Of a DNA stretch of 64,000 nt, positions 1-17,094 are shown piece after piece; the first letter of the stretch is position 1; each line of letters begins with the position of its first letter. The position numbers were made by a program, and so were the translations under genes. The DNA lies in NCBI RefSeq assembly GCF_009914755.1, contig NC_060942.1, one strand, 5' to 3'. The notes beneath the pieces were generated by a model, which saw nothing but the letters and a program-made list of their open reading frames with translations, searched no databases and was not told where the DNA came from. Source of the DNA: the human T2T-CHM13v2.0 reference genome, Homo sapiens.

Positions 1-95
1 TAAAGTAACACACATTTTTCTTAATTTCATTTATCATTTGGAAAGGTAACACGAGCTCATGATACAAAATTCAAAACATGTAAGAGTTTAGAATA

Positions 96-413
<318 letters not shown>

Positions 414-416
414 TTA

Positions 417-2120
<1,704 letters not shown>

Positions 2121-2220
2121 TTCTAATTAATTCATTCCATCGAAAGTTTACTAAGCCCTGACTCTATGCCAAGCACTGTCTGGGTGCTGGGATTGCCAGG
2201 CTGAACAAAACAAACCATGA

Positions 2221-2601
<381 letters not shown>

Positions 2602-3074
2602 TGAGAATTCCCCACCACACACCATCCATCTGCTTCCCAGCGGGAATACCTGTTAGCTGAGACCCCGCCCACTTACGGGTCCAGGGCCTGCTCAACACAG
2701 ACTTTACCAATCACAGCCTTTCTTTGTAAATCTGAAAAAGAAACCAAGAGGGTCCAATGTCTGTCAATTACAAAGGTGGGAATCCATCGGGGCCACACTT
2801 CCTGCCCCATGGGCCAGAGAAGCAGAGGAACCTAACCTGCAGAGGGAGCCTGATTTAGGCATAGGGAGAAAGTCGGGGGACAAGAAAAAGAGAGTTCCCA
2901 GGTGTCCACGTCCGTGTTTGTCAGGTGTGCCGGGGCTCAGGCTGTGTACTCCCATCTCTGTGTTCCTTGAGACCCTCCTACATCCTTGAGTTCTCCTGAA
3001 GCTTTCACTTCGGTTTCTGTCACCTGCAATCAGAGTCCTAGAAAGTAGCTGAGATGCCCCTCATCCTGGAATGA

Positions 3075-3611
<537 letters not shown>

Positions 3612-4183
3612 TGATAAATACAAGTGAAATTGTGATTTTTACAAAATGAGGACTTCTTACCCTCTTCACTGGGCGCCCACGTGTAAGGGTGTAGAACAGG
3701 AATTCGGGCCCAAATTTAGCCAGCGTTTTACCCTCAAATCTGTTCTTTCCTCCCTAGGGTGCTTTTGGTTTTTTCAGGAATTACAGCTGCCCCCTAGACT
3801 GGAGATCTGGAAATCAGTTTTTCCTCATAATGTCTCTGGTACTTGACCCTTCTTTTCCATTTTCTCTGCCAAGTCCAAGTTTTATTGTCTCGGGCCTGAA
3901 TTGTTGTAATAGAGTCCTAAGTTAATGCCTCTGCACGGCCTGAAATGCCGTTTCACATGTAAACTAGAATCTAAATTCAAATATTGCCCTCTCCGTGGGG
4001 CTTCTTTGTCCCCAGGAGTCACCGTCCATAGTCACTAACATCTCAGATGTTAACTATCCAGGGATCAGCCATGTGACCTGAGGCTTAACTCCACGGAGTT
4101 CAGTTTCTTTATCTGTCAGATGGAATAAACAGCAGGGTTGTGGTGAGAGTTCAATGAAACTGTGTAGACAGAAATGACCACTT

Positions 4184-4980
4184 GCTGGGCATGATGGCTC
4201 ATGCCCGTAATCCCAGCATTTTGGGAGGCCCAGGTGGGAGGATAGCTTGAAGCCAGGAGTTCAAGGTCAGCCTGGGTCACCAGCTTGGGTCAAGATTAGC
4301 AAGACCCTTGTCTCTACAAAAAAGTTTAAAACTAGCCAGGCACGGGGCACAGTGGCTCACACCTGTAATCCCAGCACTTTGGAGGCAGAGGCAGGCAGAT
4401 CACTTGAGGTCAGGAGTTCAAGGCCAGCCTGGCTAACGTGGTAAAACCTCATCTCTACTAAAAATACAAAAATTAGCTGGGCGTGGTGGCGGGCACCTGT
4501 GATCCCAGCTACTCAGGAGGCTGAGGCAGGAGAATCGCTTGAACCCAGGAGGCAGAGGTTGCTGGGAGCCGAGATTGCACCACTGCACTCCAGCCTGCGT
4601 GACAGAGTGAGACCCTGTCTCAAAAAAAAAAAAAAAAAAAGTTAGCTGGGCATGGTGGCGGGTGCCTGTAATCCCACCTACTCAGGAGACTGAGGCAAGA
4701 GAATTGCTTGAACTTGGGAGGCAGAGGTTGTAGTGAGCCAATATTGCACAACGCCACTGCACTCCAGCCTGGGTGACAGAGCGAGACTCCATCTCAAAAA
4801 AATAAAAAAATAAAACTAGCCAGGCATGGTGATGAACACCTGTAGTCTCAGTTATTTGGGAGGCTAAGGCAGAAGGATCACTTGAGCCCAGGAGTTGGAG
4901 GCTGCACTGAGCCATGATCACACCACTGTACTCCAACCTGGGCAACAGAACAAGATCCTGTCTCTAAAAGAAAAAAAAGA
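4184..4980 (+). mobile_element. Nested Alu cluster: AluJ split by an AluS with an extra right arm
   Basis: Inner TSD AAAACTAGCCAGGCA (4328-4342, 4812-4826); outer degenerate TSD AGAAATGAYCAYTT (4170-4183, 4978-4991). Confidence 0.88.
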
Positions 4981-5423
4981 AATGATCATTTCAGGGCTTG
5001 CACATAAATGGTAACCCACCGTTGTCCCCTTTGTTCACTTTGTCTTATTTTCTCAGCAGGCTGTTAACTCTTTGAAACCCGGAACCTTGCCTTGCCCTTA
5101 GTGCCTAGCAGAGAGCATGGCACAGAGTAGGCACTCAATGAATGTCAGATGAATAAATACATAAATGGAGGAATGAATCAGAAAAACCTTTTCCACTCCT
5201 TTAGACTTTCTCCTCAATCCTTTATGCACATTTGCCAAACTAATGCCTCTTCATTTTGACTTTCGACAAACATGTTAACTTCTTGTTTAAAAATCATCTA
5301 TGCTTCTCTAGTACCTATAGGTTCAACTTTTAAATTTTAGATTCAAGGCCCTGGTAATCTGGCCCGAGATACAGTTTTTCGACTAATCTCCTGTTATTCA
5401 TCACTACAATCCTTTTAATCTAA

Positions 5424-6083
<660 letters not shown>

Positions 6084-6351
6084 CCTTTTCCTTTCTCATC
6101 CCTATCTTCGCACCAGCATTCATCCTCAGGCCCCCTGCCAAGGGCATTTTCCTTCTCCTCTCTTCCCAGCCACGTCCTACCGTCCGTGGCAGAGAAAGCT
6201 AGTTATCTCCCAATATTCCTAAAGAAATGGAAAAAAAGTCCCCAATAATTCTACCACGTAACATCTGGACATATTTTCTTCCAAGATTTATTTCTATACA
6301 TTTAAAATAAAATTTCAAAAAGTGTTAACTGGGAAGCAGTTCCTATCATGA

Positions 6352-6731
<380 letters not shown>

Positions 6732-6923
6732 TAGCCAGTGTTTTAACCTTTTGGTTATATATAGCCTTTCAACACATAGGAGTATTTAGAACAATTTCAT
6801 TCTTCTTCTTTTTTATTTTTTTTACAAAGTTGAGATACTGTGATCAACCTAGTTTCTATTCTATTTGGTTAGCATTGTTTCAAAAACATTTTTCACATCA
6901 TTAAGAAAGCTTGGTAAAAATGA

Positions 6924-7585
6924 TTTTTTTTTTTTTTTTGAGATGGAGTCTCACTTCTTTGCCCAGGCTGGAGTGCAATGGTGCAATCTTGGCTCACTGC
7001 AACCTCCGCCTCCCGGAGCAATTCTCCTGCTTCAGCCTCCCCAGTAGCTGGGATTACAGGCATGCGCCACCATGCCCAGCTATTTTTGTACTTTTAGTGG
7101 AGACGGGGTTTCACCCTGTTGGCCAGGCTGGTCTCAAACAAGTGATCCACCTGCCTCGGCCTCCCAAAGTGCTGGGATTACAAGCATGAGCCACTGCGCC
7201 CGGCCAAAAATGATTATATTTAATGGAAACACAATATCCCATTGTTTGAGTAAACCATAATTATCTTTTCACTGTTCCACATTTAGGGTCTCTTTTTTCA
7301 AGTTTTCTTTATTTTAAACAATGCTGCAATGAATGCTTGTGCATAAATCTTTGATCTTGTTTCTCAATAGCTCCTTAGAATTTTTAATCACATTTCTTGA
7401 GTACTCACCATGTTCTAAGCATTTTTTTTTTTTTTTGGAGACAGGGTCTTGCTCTGTTGGCCAGGCTGGAGTACAGTGGTGCGACCATAGCTCACTGCCA
7501 TCTTGAACCCCTGGCCCCAAGCAATCCTCCCACCTCAGCCTCCCAAAGTTCCGAGATTACAAATATGAGGCACTGTGCCCGGCCT
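6924..7585 (-). mobile_element. AluS (6924-7205) and Alu monomer (7422-7585)
   Basis: Antisense Alu sequence with poly(T); TSD AAAAATGATT around the first element. Confidence 0.9.
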
Positions 7586-8583
7586 CCAAGCATTTTTTTT
7601 TTAATGTTACTGCAATAAATTTTTATAACACTGCTATCAGGGAGGTATTATCATTCCCATTGCACAGATGACAAAACTGAAGCACAAATAAGTAGAGGAA
7701 CATGCTGAAAGTGCTCAAAGCCATGAGAGTGGGGCCAAAATGTAACCTGGTTCAGTCTGCCTCCAAAGCTGATGCTGTCAATCATGAACTTTTCGAGGCT
7801 CCTGACACATATTGCCAAATGACTTCCTGGAATGGTTGTTCCGATTTACGCTACACCAACAGTATAAGAACGCCCATCACTCTCACTTCTCCTAGTGATT
7901 GCCAGGCATTTGCTCTCACCTTCTATGAGTTGTCTCTTCCTGTAGTTTGCTCATCTACGTGGGCAGCGAAGGTCACCATGGCCCACTAACTAGTCCAGCT
8001 GAACTGCCCAGTGGCAGGCAAAGTGGTGATGTTTCCCCCAGAACCTGGCCACATCCATCCCACTCTGATGTGAGAATATCTAAACAAATGCAATCACTAT
8101 AAAACAGTGCTGTTATACTGGGAGACAGAGAGCCCTGTAGGCGGGACTGCCTCCTGCCCTGCCTGTCTGTGCAGAGTCTAGAGGAGCCAGCATCCGGAGG
8201 TTCATGCACACAGGCCATCTGTAAGTTGCGTGTTTATGAGCTGTAATTACACTAGGGGTGGTTTCTTCATTGTCCCTGAGCTGGTTATTCATGCATCTCA
8301 GCGTAATTTCAAAGAATATAAAACCAGGTTAATTTCAAAGAAAATAAAATCACGAGTTTGCTATGATTTAAGAATAAAGGTAATATAACAAAGAAGATTT
8401 ATTCATTTCCTTTGAAATGCCAATATCATATAAATTCTGCAGTTGGATCAGAAGTGGTATTCTGGGCATGAACGATCTCTTTTTGGAAGATTGAGGACAG
8501 CTCATGGAAGCATCTGAAATGTATTTTCCTAACACAGTTTTGATGCCAGGTTTCTTCCACGGTAGTTAATGCCTTTAGCAGCG

Positions 8584-10285
<1,702 letters not shown>

Positions 10286-11223
10286 TGTCACAGGACGTCT
10301 ACCACTCACTTGCTGAGCAGCTTGGTCCTCTGGGGTTCAGTGTCAATAGCAGGCCTCTGAATCATGGTAATATCCACCACTCACAAGTACCCACTGTGTA
10401 CTCAACACTTGCTAGGAGTTTTATGCAGGCCTTGTTTCTAATCTGCATCATAACCATGTGAGGTAGATAGGATTTGCTCTAGTCTGCAGATGTAGAAGCT
10501 GAAACCTAGAGGTCCCAGAGCTAGTGATAAGTTGGATCGACAAACCCAAGCCGCACCCTTGTGCCGCACAGGACGTTCTTTTGGAGAGCTTATTGAATGG
10601 ACCATTCCATTCCCAATGCCTCCCCTTCTCCTCCATGATTGGCTGAGCTGCATGGAAGGGAGACTTTTGATGACTCAGAGGAAACTTGAAGAATAAATGC
10701 ATTTGCACTATTGTTTTTGGATATATACTCTAAAAAGACAGTGGAGATGAGGAAGGGTTATCTGGAACATTGACACTTCTTCCCAGATTGACGAGGTACT
10801 TACATCCATTCTTGGCTTGAACTATTGTCCTTGATAATGAGTGACACATGTTTATATGACCATCCCTACAGTCCCAAGGACATGCCCCATCGCCTATTTC
10901 TCTCGGCTTCTCACACAAGTTATAAAAGCTGGAAGGAACTGCAGTAAAATATCACTCTTCCTCTTTCTTCCACATAGTGTCAGAGGTCCAGAGACAAAAA
11001 GAATCCTGTCTGGGCCTATGATACGACAGTATCAGGGGCTGCTGGTGCCAATCATTGAGAGAAGGGCAGGTTCTCGGGCAGGAAGAGGAGACTTGAAGGA
11101 CAGAACTTTGGCAGGAAGTAGCAGGGACACCATGTCCCCTTGGCATTTTCTCCTGTGTAGGGAGAAGAGGGTGTCCTAGATGGCTGGCCCTGGGGACAAA
11201 AGTTGAAAAAGCCTCTATTCTAG

Positions 11224-11564
<341 letters not shown>

Positions 11565-12437
11565 AGGATTTAACTTTCATTGGATTAAGGAAAGCAGCAG
11601 GTTTCTCAGGGAGACTATGCCTGTTAGATCGACAGTCCAGTGCCAGCCTGTACTTTCATGGAAAATACCGTAAAATAATCTGATTTAAGCAGGAGCTAAC
11701 AGCTGAAGCTTCTCATGTTCCTGCCTGGAAAGGCATGCTAATATTTCACTGGTCTCAGGATCAGTGAAAACTATAAAAACCTAGAACCTAAAATATTCTG
11801 GCCTTTTTAATGTTCACCTTCTGTATTTTGCATTTTTCTAATAATAGCTACCCACTGAACTACAGGTACTCTGCTAGTTACATAATTTATATTGTTGGTA
11901 ACCCTCACAACCCTGCAAGGTAAAATATTGCAAAACCTACCTTCATCCATAGATAAGGTAGGTGAGGCCACCAAGGAACAAAGCTTGTAATATCCACAAA
12001 CTGGAGACCTTACAAGGTCGCATGTTTCTAGGAGCCTAAGCTAATTTTCAGACTTCTCAGTCTGCTGAATTATTTTTTTGAAGGGCCAGTGATTACATGT
12101 AGGTTGTTTTTTCCTTTCTTTTTAAAAACTAACCTCCAATATGTCTCCATCAAAACAGTACATGCATTTTGAATTCATGTGTGCTACAAAGTTTCAGAAT
12201 GGGCACTTGAAAGGGGCAATATAAAAGGGAAGGGGGAGAAGGGGGAACGTGGCTGACCAAGTAGAATCACGTTTCAAGTTCTAGTCCTCCAGGCCTGCTA
12301 TGCATGAGGAATTTGTATGCCAAACTTCCTCTTCTGCAAGGATCCTCCTCCTGGCCTCCTGAATCTCCTAGATCAGCTCAAATCCTGGCTCTTGCCTAAG
12401 GCCTTCCCCCACACTGCAAATAAAAAACTTCTTTTCC

Positions 12438-12747
<310 letters not shown>

Positions 12748-13222
12748 TTATAGTCCAGTTGCGCATTTGAAACTTAATCAGGGTTGGCTTTGCATTTTCA
12801 TTTAAATGTGTTTTCCATGGTTGTAACTATCAAGGTCACAAGGGCTAAGGGCCACATTTCTTTTTATCCCTTTGTCACAGATGGTACTGTGGATGTAGAA
12901 GTTGCTTGGTAAAACTTGATCAATGACTAAGTAGTTGAAAAATAAATGAATTTGGAATAATTCAGGGACTAAGTAGATTAGGATGGTATAAATAACAACG
13001 GACATTTTAAAAAGTACTTTAAAGTTTGTAAAATGTTCCTCAGGTAGTCTCATTTGTACCTAACAATAACCCACAGAGAAAACTAACTCAGAGAGGGTAA
13101 GTAGCTTGCTCTTGAAACCCAGATCCTCTTACTCCAAAGCTTGTATTATTCCGTAATAGTTGACCTCAAGTATGGATGTAAGAGTAAATCTGGACACTAT
13201 TCTCTACCATTAAACATCTTCA

Positions 13223-13236
13223 CCAGCAGAGGGCGC
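13223..13236 (+). promoter_or_regulatory. CTCF core motif CCAGCAGAGGGCGC
   Basis: 14/14 match to CCRSYAGRKGGCRS, with a retained CpG in otherwise CpG-poor DNA. Confidence 0.7.
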
Positions 13237-14007
13237 AAGAAGATGCATGGGTCTTCGAGTCAGGTTTGTATACTGGCCCACCCCAGCTAAGAGGTAGATG
13301 AGTCGGGGCAAATTATTTAATTCTTCTGAGCCTCGTCTGTAAAATATCGATGATAATGCTCTCACCAACACCACAGGGTGGTTATAAAGATTAGAAATAC
13401 TCTGTGGCTGGCATACAGTAGGTGAACAATAAACCATATCTCAAGATCCCCAAAAGGGGGTCACAGAGGCAGTTTGGAGATTAGACATTGATTCTTGTTT
13501 GATGCTTTAATAAATATTTGAAATTCGTTTCATACTTCACACTTACAGTAGACAAAAGGTTATAGAAAATGAAGGTTATAAAAAATGCATACTGATGGAA
13601 ACTTTTTGGTATTTTTTAATCGATGTATCATGGTTGTAAATATTTTGGGGGGATGATAGAAACATTTCAATACCCAGCAAAATTGTAAGAAAGCAGACTG
13701 AACAACCTTTAAGGATGAAAACCTTAAAAACACGAAATGCCATTTGCCCCAGCATCTATTTAACCTAAGAAAATAATATTGGGTGGTAGCAAGATTTAGA
13801 AAAACAAAGGAAGTCATCATTGCTTTATAAGAGCAAAAGTGGAAACCACAAATTTATTAAATGCACAGGTTTAAAAGTGTACAGTCTCTCCATCAAATTG
13901 AACACTATGTAGTCATTAAAATAAAAATTCTTCCATGCAGAAAAATATTCTACATGGAAAGATAATCACAACACAGCAGGCAAAAATCACAAGAGACAAA
14001 ACAGCCT

Positions 14008-14262
14008 GGCTGGGCGTAGTGGCTCATGCCTGTAATCCCAGCACTTTGGGGGGCCGAGACGGGCGGATCACGAGGTCAGGAGATTGAGACCATCCTGGCT
14101 AACACGGTGAAACCCCGTCTCTACTAAAAATACAAAAAAATTGGCGGGGCGTGGTGGCGGGCGCCTGTAGTCCCAGCTACTCGGGGGGGCTGAGGCAGGA
14201 GACTGGCATGAACCCGGGAGGCGGAGCTTGCAGCCTGGGTCAGACAGCAGGACTCCGTCTCA

Positions 14263-14293
<31 letters not shown>

Positions 14294-14294
14294 C
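14008..14294 (+). mobile_element. AluY-like with ~29-nt right-arm deletion and (CAAAA)n tail
   Basis: gcttgcag joined directly to cctggg; AAAACAGCC flanks. Confidence 0.9.
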
Positions 14295-14328
14295 AGCCGA
14301 TTTCACTTTTGTTTAAAAACACACCCAA

Positions 14329-14930
14329 GGCCAGGTATGACAGCTCATACGTGTAATCCCAGTGCTTTGGGAGGCCACCATGGGAGGACTGCTTGAGGCT
14401 GGAAGTTCCAGACCGGCCCGGGCAACATAGTGAGACTTCATCTCTACAAAAAAATTTTTTCTTTTTCTTTTCTTTTTTTTTTTTTTTTTTGAGATGGTGT
14501 CTTGCTCTGTCACCCAGGCTGGAGTGCAGTGGCACGATCTCGGCTCACTGCAACCTCCGCCTCCTGGGTTCAAGCCATTCTCCTGCCCTCCTGCCTCAGC
14601 CTCCCCAGTAGCTGGGATTACAGGCACGTACCACCATGCCCAGCTAATTTTTGTATTTTTAGTAGAGACAGGGTTTCACCATGTTGGCCAGGCTGGTCTC
14701 GAACTCCTGACCTCGTGATCTGCCTGCCTCGGCCTCCTAAAGTGCTGGGATTACAGGCTTTAGCCACCGTGCCAGGCCAAATTTTTTTAAAAAAATTAGC
14801 CAGGTGTGGTGGGTGCCAGTAGTCCCAGCTATTCGCGAGGCTGAGGCAGAGAGAATCGCTTGAGCTCAGGAGTCTGCAGTGAGCTATGATCACACCAGTG
14901 CACTCCAGCCTGGGTGACAGGCTAAAAGAA
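14329..14930. mobile_element. Sense AluJ split by an antisense AluS (14461-14778)
   Basis: Left arm, antisense dimer, right arm; TSD AAATTTTTT at 14452-14460 and 14779-14787. Confidence 0.88.
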
Positions 14931-15751
14931 TATATATACATATCTCTCTATAAAATATATGAAAATACAAAACAGAAATCAAAATTTAAGTTTTACGTTA
15001 TTTCCACAGAAGATATTGTTAGTGATACCCCCTTTTTTTTTGCTCCTCTTTGCTTATCTTATGTTCTGAAATTAACATTTATCATTTTTGAATGATGGAA
15101 AATATATTTTACAGGAGCACCGTTGGAGTCTTTCACTTAACACTGCCTCCCAACCAGGCCAGTGGTCATGTAAATTAAGTCAATTGTCATAAAAGGGCTT
15201 GGAAGTTTCAAGGTAGTTAGCCAAAATAATTAAAATCCTGGTGAAATTTCACAGAGCTGGCCATTGAGCTTTGACTCCACTGACATGAGGCTGCTGTAAA
15301 CAGACACCAGGCTCCATGTTTTCAAAAGGCCTAAAAACAGCACAAAATAAAATATAACAACGATTGTTCATGTAAAGGGCCACGTGCCATCTCTGTCCTG
15401 AGCAAATGTAACCTGAAACCCTCTCTGTCTGGCACTCCGGGTTGGCGGCACCTCTCTGGACGGTGTATTTGCTCTCCATTACTCAATTTACTTTCCTGAA
15501 CTTGAAATGGAGTGGAATTTCAATGTAGAGTTACCCATTAGCTCCAGGGCTAAATTTAAACCTTTAATTAAATTAATCCGTTGATCTGAAACACATTGCT
15601 TCTCCCTCAAAAGTGCAGCAGGTTTCTTAGGTGTCACAGAGCTTAATTCAGTGTGGCAATTGTTCCTTACTGCATTTGTTAAGTTGCCCATACCGCCTGG
15701 GGAAACCCGCACACGTTTTCAGATCCCTCCAGGTGAACTCCTCCACCCTGT

Positions 15752-15779
15752 CCCCGCCCCCGCCCCCACCCCCACCCCC
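15752..15779 (-). other. G-quadruplex / i-motif forming tract with SP/KLF GC boxes
   Basis: CCCC g CCCCC g CCCCC a CCCCC a CCCCC: five runs with 1-nt loops. Confidence 0.7.
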
Positions 15780-16779
15780 AACCAAAACAAGCATTCGTTG
15801 TGGGTGGGGACTGCGACTCCTCCCAGATTCAGAGCTACTGCTCTGGGAGGGCCGTCAGGAACCCGTATTTATAGAAGACATGGTAGGTGCCAAACGTGCT
15901 TATGAGATAAACGACAGGGTAACTGTCCACATTGGTCCCAGTTTATGAGGGAGAAGAGATCATAATCTACAAAAATTTGCAAGGTGACCAGGGGAAAAGA
16001 GTGTAAGGTCATTTTAGCCCACCTGGGTCTTCACAGAAAATGGAGCACATTTCAGAGCCAAAGTAAAAAATTTGCGTTGTCCTTTGCTAAGAGAGAGATG
16101 AAAAGTGACAATACCATGGATTGGGGATGCGTGAGTTCGTTGGCCACATGTAAGATGTTCGTGCTTCTGGGCTCTTATGCATCCCAAGGCGTGCATTTAT
16201 CCCGGGGGCTGCATCCTTGGCCTGGGAATGAATAGACCCAACTGCAATGGTTGTTAGCGATAGCTTTACGGTGGGACAGTCTCCATAGGGGCTGTGGACT
16301 TACCCGTGTTATTATGAAAAGGATCTATTTACTTCTCGGGGACCAACGGCCTTGCGGGGTCCAAGTAACTCGCTCGCAGTCCAAAACTCTGCAACGCTCC
16401 ACATAACCGTCCTGTAGACCCACAACTCTCCCAGGAGCACAGCCCCAGGACCTAACCCACCGGGTTCTGCTCGCTCACCCAATTCCCAGTGCGAGCGCGC
16501 GGGGGAAACGTGCTCGCCTCCCGCACCTGGCTTCCGCGGCCCCGGGAGTCGCCAACTCTCCCAGCAGGCAGCTCCGACAACCCGGACAGCCGGGCCGATC
16601 CCCCGCCCCACCACCCGCTCGGCTCTCGCGTCCTCCTCTTCCTCCTCCCGTGGCCCCTTGCCTCCCGCCGTCTGCCTCTGCGGCCGCCGCCTGCGGCTTT
16701 GTTTTCCTCCCAGGTCGCATTCCCCACACGTGATTCCGTGTTATTGCAAAGAGGGCTTTGGAGCGCGAGCGCGGGGCGC

Positions 16780-16794
16780 GCGCACCTATAAATA
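16780..16794 (+). promoter_or_regulatory. Core promoter: TATA box (TATAAATA) with BREu-like GCGCACC; predicted TSS ~16817
   Basis: TATAAATA at 16787-16794 is an isolated AT island in GC-rich DNA, immediately preceded by a 6/7 match to SSRCGCC, about 300 nt before the ATG. Confidence 0.75.
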
Positions 16795-16940
16795 CGGACA
16801 CCCGGCCCCGGAGCCCGCGAGCCAGCGGCCAGGCGACCGGCGGGCGGCCAGCCAGCGAGCCGAACTAGCCGAGCTAGGTAGCGAGGCGTGCGCGTGGGCC
16901 GGGGCGGCGGCGCCCCCATCCCCAGCACCGAGGGGCGAGC

Positions 16941-17036
16941 ATGGCCCGCCCGCGGGGGGGCTGGACCGCCGCGCACGCCGCCCGATCCCCGCGCCCTACC
17001 CAGCCCGGGTCGCCGCCGCTCGCGCCCGCCGCTTAG
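16941..17036 (+). other. Upstream ORF (31 aa) in the CABLES1 5' leader
   Basis: AGCATGG context; MARPRGGWTAAHAARSPRPTQPGSPPLAPAA then TAG at 17034-17036; out of frame with the main ATG. Confidence 0.6.
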
Positions 17037-17094
17037 CGCTCGGGCGCCGCTCGCTTCTCCGGGCATCGCGGAAATCCCGCCGCAGACGGACACA

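Noticed and set aside
3787-3800. Reverse CTCF-like motif (CTAGGGGGCAG on the minus strand)
   Set aside because: The 3' core matches but the three 5' positions do not; too weak to call without ChIP data.
16888-17094. 69-aa N-terminal extension from GTG suggested by the ORF track
   Set aside because: The in-frame GTGs (16888, 16894) have only partial initiation context, while ATG 17095 is optimal and matches the known N-terminus; would need Ribo-seq support.
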